Position numbers and translations under genes: made by a program. Positions 1-10,670 of a stretch of DNA of 64,000 nucleotides are shown piece after piece. This stretch comes from a virus (Duplodnaviria > Caudoviricetes). Positions within the stretch are counted from its first letter, which is position 1; each line of letters begins with the position of its first letter. The notes below the pieces were generated by a model, which saw nothing but the letters and a program-made list of their open reading frames with translations, did no database searches and was not told the origin of the DNA. The stretch is taken from IMG/VR virus record IMGVR_UViG_3300028797_000005, positions 59,247 through 123,246 of that record; one strand, written 5' to 3'.

Positions 1-750
1 GTAGAATGTGATACTCCGGTGCAGTTCTTCACAAAGAAACTCACCAATAGTGGTAATCCCAACCCATCTTATAATGATGTTTCTACTATTCTCCACGAAG
101 GAAAGTCCATCGCGACGGTTGGAGAAGCTGATGCAGATGGAGTAAGGCTTACTGGTATCCGCGTCACCATGAACGATTATTATGGTAGAGATGGTCGTTA
201 TATTTCCTTCCCAAGAATTAACGGTTCCTTTATCCGTGTAGTTCCGAAGAGTCAGCTTAATCCTGTGGCAAAAGTTGACCTTGACCTTATCATTCGTGAT
301 ATGAAGCATGAAGTGGACAAGGACGGAATCGAAACTGGTAGATTCTTCATTAATGGTATCAATATTGGTTTCAATGATTATACTGATATCATTCCAATTG
401 TGACAGAAAATCCTGAGTATATCGCCTCTATTGGTGCTGTTTATCAGCCGGGCGATGCAATCACCGCATCTGTAAGACTCAACTTCACCCAGAAAACTAC
501 TACCACTTATCAGGAAGTAGAAATTGGTGAACCGATTGAGAGAACTCGTACCGTTACTGTCAGCGACCTCGTAATTGCGGCTATTAGTCGTAACGACAGA
601 ATCGTTGAAATGTATAGCAGCGAGCAGGTTAAGGCTTGCCTCGAGAAGCGCAATCAGCGCATTGAGGGCAAGAAAATGGCCTCTCAGCAGTCTGCTAACG
701 CCGAGAGAACTCAGAACGTTGCGCAGAGCAGAATTGACCTCGGATTTTAA
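1..750 (+). CDS. Putative ssDNA-binding/replication protein (SPbeta YorF-like position), 5'-truncated by window edge
   Basis: Frame open from base 1; beta-rich with low-complexity tail ending DLGF; first gene of a YorF-YorL-like cluster. Confidence 0.5.
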   Translation, partial: VECDTPVQFFTKKLTNSGNPNPSYNDVSTILHEGKSIATVGEADADGVRLTGIRVTMNDYYGRDGRYISFPRINGSFIRVVPKSQLNPVAKVDLDLIIRDMKHEVDKDGIETGRFFINGINIGFNDYTDIIPIVTENPEYIASIGAVYQPGDAITASVRLNFTQKTTTTYQEVEIGEPIERTRTVTVSDLVIAAISRNDRIVEMYSSEQVKACLEKRNQRIEGKKMASQQSANAERTQNVAQSRIDLGF

Positions 751-768
751 TATAGGTGGTGAGGTTGT

Positions 769-1743
769 ATGGCAATTTTAAATCTTCTTGACCTACAGCC
801 TACCACTATTTCAAGGGATTTAAAAGATAAGTATTTGCTGTTATATGGACCAGCAAAATGCGGTAAAACTTCATTCGCAGCGCAGATTCCAGATAATCTT
901 ATCTTTTCCTTTGAAAAGGGTACAAATTTCTTAGGCGGCATTTATGCTGTGCCGATTGAGAAATGGTCAACCTTTAAGTTAATGTTAAAGCAGCTCAGTA
1001 AGCCAGAAGTGCAGAAGAAATTTAAGACTGTCACAATAGATACACTGTCTATTGCGTGGTCTCTCTGTGAACAGTACATTTGCGATACCGCTAATGTAAG
1101 TTCAATCTCCGATATTCCTTGGGGCAGAGGCTATGCACTTCTGAAAGATGAATTTTCAGATGCTCTTCGTCAAATCTCTATGATGGGTTATGGTATTATT
1201 CTAATCACTCATGCTAAGGTTAAATCAACCAAGATTGATGAAGATACTACTATTGACACTATGGCGCCTAATATTCCGGAAAGGGCGCAGGATGTTGTCA
1301 ATGCTCTTGTAGATATTATCGGCTGCATCAAAGTAACTCCCCATGCGGACGGTACATCTGATAGAACTCTTATTACTCGCTCTACGCCTTATATCGTAGC
1401 TGGATCAAGACTTCGCTATTTGCCGAGTGAAATTCCCTTCGGTTATAAGGAATTAGTAGAAGCCATGAACGAAGCTATTAATCGACAAGAAGCTGATGGC
1501 GATGTAGTTGTTGATCGTACAGAAAAACAACAAATCGTTTCGCAGCGTACATATGACGAAGCTCTCGCAGAAGCCCGCGGTATTTGGGAAAGTCTTTTAA
1601 ACAGGCCTAACCCAGAAGAGGCCGTTGAGAAAGCAAGTAAAATTATTGAAAAAATAATGAAAAGACCTTGCCGCATCTCAGAAATTAAGCCTGAACAGCT
1701 TGACCTGCTAGAACTAGTTATCGACGAACTTCATACGCTTTAA
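769..1743 (+). CDS. AAA-family ATPase (Sak4/YorG-like)
   Basis: Walker A YGPAKCGKTS, Walker B VTIDT, ITH motif. Confidence 0.8.
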   Translation: MAILNLLDLQPTTISRDLKDKYLLLYGPAKCGKTSFAAQIPDNLIFSFEKGTNFLGGIYAVPIEKWSTFKLMLKQLSKPEVQKKFKTVTIDTLSIAWSLCEQYICDTANVSSISDIPWGRGYALLKDEFSDALRQISMMGYGIILITHAKVKSTKIDEDTTIDTMAPNIPERAQDVVNALVDIIGCIKVTPHADGTSDRTLITRSTPYIVAGSRLRYLPSEIPFGYKELVEAMNEAINRQEADGDVVVDRTEKQQIVSQRTYDEALAEARGIWESLLNRPNPEEAVEKASKIIEKIMKRPCRISEIKPEQLDLLELVIDELHTL

Positions 1744-1747
1744 CAGG

Positions 1748-1777
1748 ATTGCGAGGTGTGATATTGCACCTCGCAAT
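1748..1777 (+). terminator. Hairpin/likely terminator
   Basis: ATTGCGAGGTG-N8-CACCTCGCAAT right after stop codon. Confidence 0.6.
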
Positions 1778-1806
1778 TTGCATTTTTAGGAAATTTTTGG
1801 TATACT
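1778..1806 (+). promoter_or_regulatory. sigmaA promoter
   Basis: TTGCAT-17-TATACT with TG extension. Confidence 0.7.
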
Positions 1807-1826
1807 ATATTTAGAGAGGTATACCA

Positions 1827-2342
1827 ATGAGACAAAATGTTCATTGTAGAATTTGTAAGAAAGAGATTAATAGAGATTTAGAGAAGGAAGGAGTCGACTG
1901 GATAATGCGTTCTGAAGGATGGTATTATCATAAATCATGTTGGGAGACATATGCTAAGCAGAGTATTCCCAAGACAGATGAAGAATGGTTCGACCTTCTT
2001 TTTTATATCATCACTAATGATCTCCATAGTTCATATAATTACTTCCAGATAAAGAGCCAATGTGAGAAGATGAAGGCAGAGGGCAAGACAATGAAAGGCA
2101 TCTACTTCACGACATATTGGTATTTTGTGTTACAGAAAAAAGAGTATAAACCAGAGTATGGCTTAGGTATCATTCCTTATGTGTACGACCAATCAATTGA
2201 GTATTGGGCAGAGCGTGAAAAGAAAGAAAAAGGTATCTTAGCCGAAATCACAAGATTAAAAAGAATCGAAGCAGGAGAAGGGCGCAATGTAGCTGCGCGC
2301 AGAACAAACCGAAAGAAAGTTACAGCTGAACCAGTTATATAG
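1827..2342 (+). CDS. Hypothetical Zn-finger protein (YorH-like position)
   Basis: CRIC...HKSC motif; lies between ATPase and helicase. Confidence 0.6.
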   Translation: MRQNVHCRICKKEINRDLEKEGVDWIMRSEGWYYHKSCWETYAKQSIPKTDEEWFDLLFYIITNDLHSSYNYFQIKSQCEKMKAEGKTMKGIYFTTYWYFVLQKKEYKPEYGLGIIPYVYDQSIEYWAEREKKEKGILAEITRLKRIEAGEGRNVAARRTNRKKVTAEPVI

Positions 2343-2355
2343 AAAGGAGTCGGCA

Positions 2356-3915
2356 TTGGCACAACAGAATACTGAACAGTTGCTGATAGGTAGCTTAATG
2401 CACGAGCCGAAATTATTATTGCAGACGGATCGGTATCAGATTACATCTGCTGATTTTGAGAACCCTGTATACAAATATATCTTTTGGGCAATAGAGAATC
2501 TAGCACCTGGGGCAACTAAAGAATTAACTCCATATGAAATTGAGAAATGGATGTTTAATAGTCCATCTGCGAAAGCAATATATGAATCAAGGAATGGACG
2601 TCAAGCATTAGTTGATTGTGAAGCTGTTCCAGTTGGTTCATTTGATGGTCTTTATTCATCATTTAAAAAAGAAAACTTGATACATGATTTATCGAGTAAA
2701 ATGAAAATTGATACAAGTGATCTCTATGTAGAAACACCTGTAACAGAATATGAGAAAAAAGTTGATGAAGTATTTGCGAACTCAACAACTCAAGACATAA
2801 TTGATAGAATTGATAAAGAATTTGTCCAGTTAAAGAGTAAGTATATTCTAAATGATACAAGTGAAAGTCAGACATTGTATGAAGGAATGGAAGATATGTT
2901 GGCCGACCTTGAAGTTAATCCAGAAATTGGACTGCCGCTTCAGGGTAAGATATTTAATCATGCAGTAAGCGGCGCAATTAAAGGTCGTTTTTATCTTCGT
3001 TCTGGTCAAAGCGGTCTTGGTAAAACTCGTTCATTAATGGCAGATGCGTGTGAATTGGCATTTCCTGTGTGTTTTTCATGGGATCAAATGAAATGGGTAC
3101 AAAGTGGCTGCTGTGAAAAAGTAATGATTATCATTACAGAGCAGAACTTTGATGAAGTTAGGAAGATGGCAATAGCTTATCTTACTGGAATTAATGAATC
3201 CAAGATTAAGCGTGGACTTTGTAATGCACAGGAAAAGGCAGTCATAAGTCAAGCACTGTCAGTATTTAAGTATTATGAAGATAACTTTAGAGTAATCAGA
3301 GTACCTAGTCCAAGTATCTCACTTATTAAGCAATTAGTAAGAGAACAGGTCATGATGTATGATATTGGATATGTGTTCTACGATTACATTTTTGTGTGTC
3401 CGTCATTATTATCTGAGTTTAAAGGAGTAAACTTGAGAAACGATGAAATTTTATTAATGTTCTCAGATGCGCTCAAACAATTAGCTGTCGAACTTGATGT
3501 GTTCGTAATGTCAAGTACACAAGTTAATGCAAATGCAGATAATAATAAAGATATTAGAAATGAAGCATCAATTGCAGGCAGCCGCGCAGTAATCAATAAA
3601 GCTGACATGGGCTGTATTATGGCGCGACCTACAAAAGATGAATTAGAGGTTATCGGTAGAGTAAATGATAGCGGTTGGACGCCGAATATTGTAACAGACA
3701 TCTATAAGCTACGAGGTGGAGAAAACACGCAGATAAGAATTTGGTCTATCATGGATTTAGGCACCTTGAGGAAATGTGATTTATTTGTAACAGATTCAAG
3801 ATTAAATATAGTAGATATTGGTTATGAGAAAATTGAATATACATTATTAGAAGAAGATTATGATAAGTTAATGAAAATCTTGGGTGAACTAAACGAAGGA
3901 GTGATGATTGAATGA
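2356..3915 (+). CDS. dnaB: DnaB-like replicative helicase
   Basis: SGQSGLGKT Walker A, VFYDYI Walker B, STQVN, IAGSRAVINKAD motifs. Confidence 0.85.
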   Translation: MAQQNTEQLLIGSLMHEPKLLLQTDRYQITSADFENPVYKYIFWAIENLAPGATKELTPYEIEKWMFNSPSAKAIYESRNGRQALVDCEAVPVGSFDGLYSSFKKENLIHDLSSKMKIDTSDLYVETPVTEYEKKVDEVFANSTTQDIIDRIDKEFVQLKSKYILNDTSESQTLYEGMEDMLADLEVNPEIGLPLQGKIFNHAVSGAIKGRFYLRSGQSGLGKTRSLMADACELAFPVCFSWDQMKWVQSGCCEKVMIIITEQNFDEVRKMAIAYLTGINESKIKRGLCNAQEKAVISQALSVFKYYEDNFRVIRVPSPSISLIKQLVREQVMMYDIGYVFYDYIFVCPSLLSEFKGVNLRNDEILLMFSDALKQLAVELDVFVMSSTQVNANADNNKDIRNEASIAGSRAVINKADMGCIMARPTKDELEVIGRVNDSGWTPNIVTDIYKLRGGENTQIRIWSIMDLGTLRKCDLFVTDSRLNIVDIGYEKIEYTLLEEDYDKLMKILGELNEGVMIE

Positions 3916-4955
3916 TAGATGCCAAGAAACTAAAAGAATCATTAACTCCGGAAATGATAATCAACTTAATGCGGCTCCTGGGAGCTACACAGTATGAAGA
4001 TAAAGGTGAATATATTATGTTCCCGACTATCTGTCATAATGTACATGAAGAAGATGCTGGCTTCAACTTAAGCTATTACAAAGATAGTCACAGATTTTAT
4101 TGCTTCAGTAACTGTCATGCTATGGATATATTCCAATTAATTGAGAGGCGCTGGCGGCTTATTGATAGTGACGAAGACCTGCACTTTGAAAATATCCTAT
4201 ACTGGGTAATGAACCATTCCAAGATAGACCTTGACAACTATCAACCGGAAGATTTCAAAAGCCCAATAAATATTAAAGATTATCAGACAAAAACTACTGA
4301 AGTCGTGCTTCCAGAAAAAGACCCAACTGTATTAGATGCCTTTTCTAATTATCATGCAATAGAATGGCTTAATGATGGCATTTCTGATGAAGCTATGGAC
4401 AAGTATAACATTAAGTATTCACAACTGCGCAATGCCATAATTATTCCACACTATGATATTCATAATAGATTAGTCGGAATTAGACGGCGCGCGTTAGATG
4501 AAGAAGAAGCTAAGAAAGGCAAATATAAGCCTATTTATATAGAGAATGTCAGTTATTCTCACCCATTAGGCTATAACTTATATGGTCTTAATAATGTATG
4601 GGAAGAGATTAAAAGACAAAGAAGAGTATTCGTAGCTGAAGGTGAGAAGTCAGCGCTGCAAGCATATACATTATATGGTGATAGGAATGTCGTTGTATCG
4701 GTATGCGGCAGCCGGATTAACCGTTGGCAGATACATCTCTTAATGAAATATTGCCGGCCGAATGAGATAATTATTTCTTTCGACCAGGGTTTGGATTATG
4801 ACATCATTCACAAGATGTGTCAAAAATATAGTTGTTATTGTCAAATGTCTTATTTATGCGATGTAAGCGGTAAGTTATTAGGCGAAAAGCAAAGTCCTTT
4901 TGATGTGCCGGAAGCATTAGACGAATTAATAGATAAAAGGATTAAGGTCAAATGA
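3912..4955 (+). CDS. dnaG: DNA primase (Zn-binding + TOPRIM)
   Basis: TICHN...FYCFSNC Zn site, AEGEKS, SFDQ; follows helicase. Confidence 0.8.
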   Translation: MIDAKKLKESLTPEMIINLMRLLGATQYEDKGEYIMFPTICHNVHEEDAGFNLSYYKDSHRFYCFSNCHAMDIFQLIERRWRLIDSDEDLHFENILYWVMNHSKIDLDNYQPEDFKSPINIKDYQTKTTEVVLPEKDPTVLDAFSNYHAIEWLNDGISDEAMDKYNIKYSQLRNAIIIPHYDIHNRLVGIRRRALDEEEAKKGKYKPIYIENVSYSHPLGYNLYGLNNVWEEIKRQRRVFVAEGEKSALQAYTLYGDRNVVVSVCGSRINRWQIHLLMKYCRPNEIIISFDQGLDYDIIHKMCQKYSCYCQMSYLCDVSGKLLGEKQSPFDVPEALDELIDKRIKVK

Positions 4956-6670
4956 ATATTAAATTAAAGTATAATGTAGAAGCTCCATATGATATTAATT
5001 TAATTAAGGCTCGCGGCATTAAAGATGTGGAGGCTTTTCTTAATCCAAGTAGAGATAACCTTCAATCTCCGTGGGATTTAGATAATATGGAAGATGCCGT
5101 CGAAACTGTTAATGTCAATGCTCATTTTAATACTCTGGTTGTAGTTGATAGCGATGCTGATGGTTATAATAGCGCCAGTATGCTGATTAGCTATTTGCAA
5201 GATTGTTTCCCAACTTGGAGTATTGATTATTTTATTCATAGTAAGAAGCAGCACGGATTACAAGACGTAGTATTGCAGACTGATTTAAACAATTATGCTC
5301 TTGTGTTGCTCCCAGATGCTGGCAGTAATGATGATGAATATTTTGAGCAGTATCCTGAAACTAACTTTGTAGTGCTTGACCACCACTTGCGCGAAGGCTA
5401 TAAACCGATTCCTGAAAATGCAGTTATTGTGAATAACCAAAATTCTGAAAAATATTTGAACAAAGCGCTCTGCGGAGCTGGAGTAACTTGGCAATTCTGT
5501 CGTGCTTTTGATGATTATTATGGTTTCGATAATGCTTGGAAGTATATTGACCAGGCGGCCTTTGCAAATATCGGTGATGTGATGGATATTACTACTCCGG
5601 AAAATGCTTATATCATTAAAGAAGGCTTGACTAATCTTCATAATCAGTTCCTCAAATTACTCTGTAATAATGCAGCATATAGTTTAGGGGTTGAGCTTAC
5701 GCCGATAGGGGTTGCCTTTTATGTAATCCCCATGATAAATGCCATGTGCCGCACTGGTAAAATGGACGAAAAGGATAGAATGTTTACAGCCTTTACTTGG
5801 CCGGAAACAATGGTGACTTCTCATAAACGTGGCGTTGCGCCTGGTACTAAAGTCGAAGTCGGCATTGAGAGTGTAAGAGAATGCACCAATGCTAAATCTA
5901 GACAGAAGCGTGAGGGCACAAAAATGGCAGAGCTGTGTGATAAGAAGATTATTGAAGAAGACCTGTTAAGAAACAAGATAATCATTATTGTGCTTGACGA
6001 AACCTTTGACGATATTCCATCTGAAATGAACGGCCTCGCCGCCACCCAGCTGTCGAATAAATATAATCACCCTGTCTATATCTTGCGTGAGAATGAAGAT
6101 GGAGAACTCAAGGGTTCTGGCCGCGGGCTAGAGACTCTTGATATGCCACCGCTTAAGGAGTTTGTTGAACAGAGCGGCCTCATTGAGTTCGCACAAGGCC
6201 ATAACAATGCTCATGGCTTAGGGTTGAGAGCCAAAAATTTGGAAAAATTTATCGAATGGACTAATGAGCAGCTGAAAGATTTAGATATCGACTCAAAACT
6301 TTGGAATGTTGACTTTAAGCTGAAGGGCAATAGTACAGAAGTCAGGGACGTAATTTTCGCAACTGAGCATTTGCAGCCATACTTCGGAACAGGTTTCCCA
6401 GAGGTTGAAATAGCTGTAACTGATATTGAAGTACCACGCTCTGATATTAAAGTCATGGGTAAGCTGGGTGATACAGTTAAGGTAACATATAATGGAATCT
6501 CTTATATGTTCTTTAAACGCGATATTGAGGAGGTTAAGAAGTTAATTGAATATCCTCGTGCTAAATTCACTATCGTTGGCAAACCAAATCTTAATTACTA
6601 TAATGGACAGGTACTCCCACAGATATTTGTGGACGACTACACCATCGAAGACGCAAGATATAGTTTTTAA
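4952..6670 (+). CDS. recJ: RecJ-like DHH ssDNA exonuclease
   Basis: DSDADG, LDHH, GSGRG, QGHNNAHG motifs. Confidence 0.9.
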   Translation: MNIKLKYNVEAPYDINLIKARGIKDVEAFLNPSRDNLQSPWDLDNMEDAVETVNVNAHFNTLVVVDSDADGYNSASMLISYLQDCFPTWSIDYFIHSKKQHGLQDVVLQTDLNNYALVLLPDAGSNDDEYFEQYPETNFVVLDHHLREGYKPIPENAVIVNNQNSEKYLNKALCGAGVTWQFCRAFDDYYGFDNAWKYIDQAAFANIGDVMDITTPENAYIIKEGLTNLHNQFLKLLCNNAAYSLGVELTPIGVAFYVIPMINAMCRTGKMDEKDRMFTAFTWPETMVTSHKRGVAPGTKVEVGIESVRECTNAKSRQKREGTKMAELCDKKIIEEDLLRNKIIIIVLDETFDDIPSEMNGLAATQLSNKYNHPVYILRENEDGELKGSGRGLETLDMPPLKEFVEQSGLIEFAQGHNNAHGLGLRAKNLEKFIEWTNEQLKDLDIDSKLWNVDFKLKGNSTEVRDVIFATEHLQPYFGTGFPEVEIAVTDIEVPRSDIKVMGKLGDTVKVTYNGISYMFFKRDIEEVKKLIEYPRAKFTIVGKPNLNYYNGQVLPQIFVDDYTIEDARYSF

Positions 6671-6672
6671 AT

Positions 6673-6701
6673 TTGACAAATGAACAAAATAATGGTATAC
6701 T
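6673..6701 (+). promoter_or_regulatory. sigmaA promoter
   Basis: TTGACA-17-TATACT with TG extension. Confidence 0.8.
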
Positions 6702-6725
6702 AATATAAGAGAAAAGAGGTAAAAG

Positions 6726-9700
6726 ATGAGTTATAGTACATTACATATCCATACCGAAGCAAGTAACTTGCGGTTGCTTGATTGTATTAGTAAACCATCT
6801 CAGATATTAGACAAAGCTCATGATTTAGGTTTGCACGGAGTTGCTTTCACAGACCATGAGTCTTTGTCATCTTTTATTAAAGGTGAACAATATCTTGAAA
6901 GTAAAAGAGAAGTAGATGAGATTTGGAAGAATATGAAGTTCATTAGAGGTAATGAGATTTATCTTTGCCGGAATGGACTTAATAAAGATAATTATGATAG
7001 GTCTATTGATAGATATTATCACTTTATTTTATTAGCAAAAGATTATGAAGGTTATTTGCAATTATGTGAATTAAGCCGGCGCGCATGGACGAGAATGTTT
7101 AAGCAGTATCAGACAAGGGTGCCAACTTATTATAGTGATGTGATTGAAGTAATCGGAAGTAATCCAGGTCATATTATTGGTAGTACAGCTTGTATTGGTA
7201 GTCAGATTGGTAATAAGTTTCTTCAAGTATTAGATGAAAATATTGAGTTGCATGAAGCGATAGATTATAACGCGGCATGGCTTAATAGAATGAAAGAAAT
7301 CTTTGGAGAAGATAACTTATACATTGAGCTACAGCCGGGATTAACAAAAGAGCAAATATTTGTTAATGAGAATCTTGTCGAATTGAGCAAGATTGTTAAT
7401 CTTCCAATGATTATCACAACAGATGCTCATTATATTAATAAAGATGATAGAATCATTCATAAAGCATTTTTAAAGAGTAAAAATGGTGAAAGAGAAGTTG
7501 ATTCATTCTATGAAGCAACATATATGATGAGTGAAGATGAGATTCATCAGAGAATGGACAAATATCTTGGAAAAGATGTTGTTGATGAATGTCTGGAAAA
7601 CACAAACAAGATTGCAGACAGCATTGAAGATTATAGTTTGCTCAAGCCTTTGTCAATTCCTTATCTTCCAAAGAAAGAATATGATGAAGAATTGAGTAGT
7701 GAAGCGATTGAAAATTTATGGCAAATTGTTGGTGTGGTTCCAAGTTTAAAAAAATATATGACGCAGGGGCCATACATCACAGCAAACAATCAATTTGCGA
7801 TTCGTATTATTAACTTCATTAATAATAATAAGATTTATCTTGATGAAAAGAAATGTCAACAGATTGAAACAGAATTAAGTATTATTTGGGATTCGGGAGT
7901 AAAGCAAAATGTTGAATGGTCAAAATATTTTTTGCAGGTAGCAGATTATATTAAGATTTATTGGACATTAGGTGATTCGTTAACAGCTCCAAGCCGCGGT
8001 TCAGCTGGTGCATCATATATATGTTATATCTTGGGGATTACACAGATTGATCCAACAAGAGAAGCGGCGCCGATGATCTTCCAGAGATTCATGAATCCAG
8101 ATAGAGCGAGTGTTCTTGATATTGATACAGATATTCAGTCAAATAGACGGAATCAATGTATTAAAGCACTTCAGTCAGTTTATGGTGAAGACAGAGTAAC
8201 TCGTGTTGCAACATTTAAGACAGAGAAGGCAAGGTCAGCAATCTTAACTGCGGCAAGAGCATTAGATATTGACGTAGACACAGCAAGATATATTAGTAGT
8301 TTGGTTCAAGCAGAAAGAGGTATTCAATATACTTTAACTCAAACCTATTATGGGGATGAAGAAAATGATATTAAACCTAATAAGACTTTCATTCAGGAAA
8401 TGGAAAAGTATCCTGAATTATGGAAAATTGCGAAGGGAATTGAGGGTCTAATATCTGGGCTTGGGAGTCACGCTGGAGGCGTTATTATAACTGAAGAACC
8501 AATCACAGTAACCTGCGGTGTAATGAGAACCAGCTCTGGTGATATCGTAACGGCATATGACTTACATGAAGTTGAAGCGCAGAGTTTGATTAAGATTGAC
8601 TTGTTAGCAACAGAAGGTTTGACAAAAATTAGAACTTGTATTGATATGTTATGTGATTATGGATATGCAAAGAAGTATCCAACATTGAAAGAAACTTATG
8701 AGAATATTGTAGGTATTTATCATATCAATAGAATGGAACCGAAAATGTGGCAGATGGTTTGGAATAATGAGATTACATCATTGTTCCAGATGGAGCAACA
8801 GAGCGGTATCCAGGGTATTAGATTAACGAAACCAAGTTCATTGGAAGACTTAGCAACTCTTAACTCAGTTATTCGGTTAATGCCGCCGGATAGGAAATCA
8901 GAGCGGCCGCTTGAAAAGTTCGCGAGATTTAAGGAAGATCCAACAGCGTGGGAAGATGAAATGAACGCAGCTGGATTGACAGAAGAACAGAAAAAGTTAT
9001 TACATTCAATGTTTGATTATTCTAACGGTATCTCAGCTCAGCAAGAAGACTTGTATCAGTTAATGAGATGTGAAGATATTGTAGGATATTCATTCGGTCA
9101 AGCAGACAAATTAAGAAAAGCGGTAGCAAAGAAGAATCCAAAAGATTATGATGCGTTTGAAACACAATTTTGGAAAGATGTAAAAGAGCGCGGCAGCGAT
9201 TTTAACTTATGTCATTATATTTGGAATGAGATGGTTAAGCCGCAGAAAGGATATTCGTTTAACCTCGCTCATTGTTTATCTTATAGTATGGTTGCGTTGC
9301 AGGAAATGAATCTTGCATATTATTATCCTATCATCTTTTGGAACACGGCAAACTTAATAGTTGATTCTGGGTCAGAATATAAGATGTATTATAATGATGA
9401 GCCAGATGAAGAAGTTGACGAAGAAGAAGTTGACGAAGATGAAGAAGATAACAAAACAAGTAACTATGGCAAGATAGCAACGGCAATAGGGAAGATGCAA
9501 CAAAAAGGCATTTATGTATTGCCGCCGAATATAAATGATTCTCAGTTCACATATACAGTTAATGTCAAAAAGAATGAAATCCATTATGGATTAAAAGGAA
9601 TTGAAAAAGTCGGTAATAAAGTAATTAATGATATTATTAACAATCGTCCATATAAGTCAGTTGATGATTTCTTAAACAAAGTTAAGGTAAATAAAACACA

Positions 9701-10670
9701 GATGGTCAATTTGATTAAGTGCGGCGCATTTGATCAATTTGGAGACAGAGTACAGATAATGAAGAATTATCTTGTTACAGTATCTGGCGGCAAGATGAGA
9801 TTAACTTTGCAGAATGTTGGAACATTAATTGAGAATGATTTAATCCCGAAAGATGAGTATGGATTTAACATTAGTGTGTTTAAGTTCAACAAGTATCTTC
9901 GTAAGTTTAAAGATAAAGAAAATAATGCAATTTTATTAGATGAAAATGCGTTTCCGATTTTTGAAGAGCATTTTGATATTGATAAAATAATCGCAGGTTC
10001 AGATGGTAAATCATATATTGATGCAAATTATTGGAAGAGTGTGTATGATTCATACATGGCACCATTAAGAGATTATATAAAGAAGAATCAAGATGAATTG
10101 ATTTTTGCTTTAAATAGTAAGTTAATGGGAGATATTTATGAAAAATATGCAAGTGGTAATTTGGCGAAATGGTCGATGGATTCAGTAAACTTCTATCAAG
10201 GTGACCATGAGTTGAAGAACGCAAAATTGAGTAGATATAATATAAAAGATTTTTATAGTCTGCCGGTTGAACCAGTAGTAGATAGAAGTTTCACAGCAAA
10301 AGATGGACATATTGTAAATATGTATAAGCTGGATAAAATTGCGGGCACAGTAATTGATAAAGATAAGTTAAAAAGTCAGATTACATTGTTAACATTAAAT
10401 GGTGTTGTAACGGTTCAAGCATATGGTGTGTTCCCACAGTATGACAAACAGGTTAGCGAAATGGGAGCAGATGGACATAAGCACGTTGTAGAAAAGTCAT
10501 GGTTTAGTCGAGGAAACAAGATAATCGTGAATGGTATGCGGCGTGGAGAGTCGACATTTGTTGCAAAAAAATATGCAAGTGATTTAGGTCATCATTTTAT
10601 GTTGATTAAAGAAATATTGCCGGATGGAGATTTAATCATTCAAGAGGAACGTATAGAGGTTGAGGAATGA
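6726..10670 (+). CDS. dnaE: DNA polymerase III alpha subunit (C family)
   Basis: PHP domain HIHT/TDH/TTDAHY, SRGSAG, DIDTD, HAGG, KIDLL, YSFNLAH. Confidence 0.95.
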   Translation: MSYSTLHIHTEASNLRLLDCISKPSQILDKAHDLGLHGVAFTDHESLSSFIKGEQYLESKREVDEIWKNMKFIRGNEIYLCRNGLNKDNYDRSIDRYYHFILLAKDYEGYLQLCELSRRAWTRMFKQYQTRVPTYYSDVIEVIGSNPGHIIGSTACIGSQIGNKFLQVLDENIELHEAIDYNAAWLNRMKEIFGEDNLYIELQPGLTKEQIFVNENLVELSKIVNLPMIITTDAHYINKDDRIIHKAFLKSKNGEREVDSFYEATYMMSEDEIHQRMDKYLGKDVVDECLENTNKIADSIEDYSLLKPLSIPYLPKKEYDEELSSEAIENLWQIVGVVPSLKKYMTQGPYITANNQFAIRIINFINNNKIYLDEKKCQQIETELSIIWDSGVKQNVEWSKYFLQVADYIKIYWTLGDSLTAPSRGSAGASYICYILGITQIDPTREAAPMIFQRFMNPDRASVLDIDTDIQSNRRNQCIKALQSVYGEDRVTRVATFKTEKARSAILTAARALDIDVDTARYISSLVQAERGIQYTLTQTYYGDEENDIKPNKTFIQEMEKYPELWKIAKGIEGLISGLGSHAGGVIITEEPITVTCGVMRTSSGDIVTAYDLHEVEAQSLIKIDLLATEGLTKIRTCIDMLCDYGYAKKYPTLKETYENIVGIYHINRMEPKMWQMVWNNEITSLFQMEQQSGIQGIRLTKPSSLEDLATLNSVIRLMPPDRKSERPLEKFARFKEDPTAWEDEMNAAGLTEEQKKLLHSMFDYSNGISAQQEDLYQLMRCEDIVGYSFGQADKLRKAVAKKNPKDYDAFETQFWKDVKERGSDFNLCHYIWNEMVKPQKGYSFNLAHCLSYSMVALQEMNLAYYYPIIFWNTANLIVDSGSEYKMYYNDEPDEEVDEEEVDEDEEDNKTSNYGKIATAIGKMQQKGIYVLPPNINDSQFTYTVNVKKNEIHYGLKGIEKVGNKVINDIINNRPYKSVDDFLNKVKVNKTQMVNLIKCGAFDQFGDRVQIMKNYLVTVSGGKMRLTLQNVGTLIENDLIPKDEYGFNISVFKFNKYLRKFKDKENNAILLDENAFPIFEEHFDIDKIIAGSDGKSYIDANYWKSVYDSYMAPLRDYIKKNQDELIFALNSKLMGDIYEKYASGNLAKWSMDSVNFYQGDHELKNAKLSRYNIKDFYSLPVEPVVDRSFTAKDGHIVNMYKLDKIAGTVIDKDKLKSQITLLTLNGVVTVQAYGVFPQYDKQVSEMGADGHKHVVEKSWFSRGNKIIVNGMRRGESTFVAKKYASDLGHHFMLIKEILPDGDLIIQEERIEVEE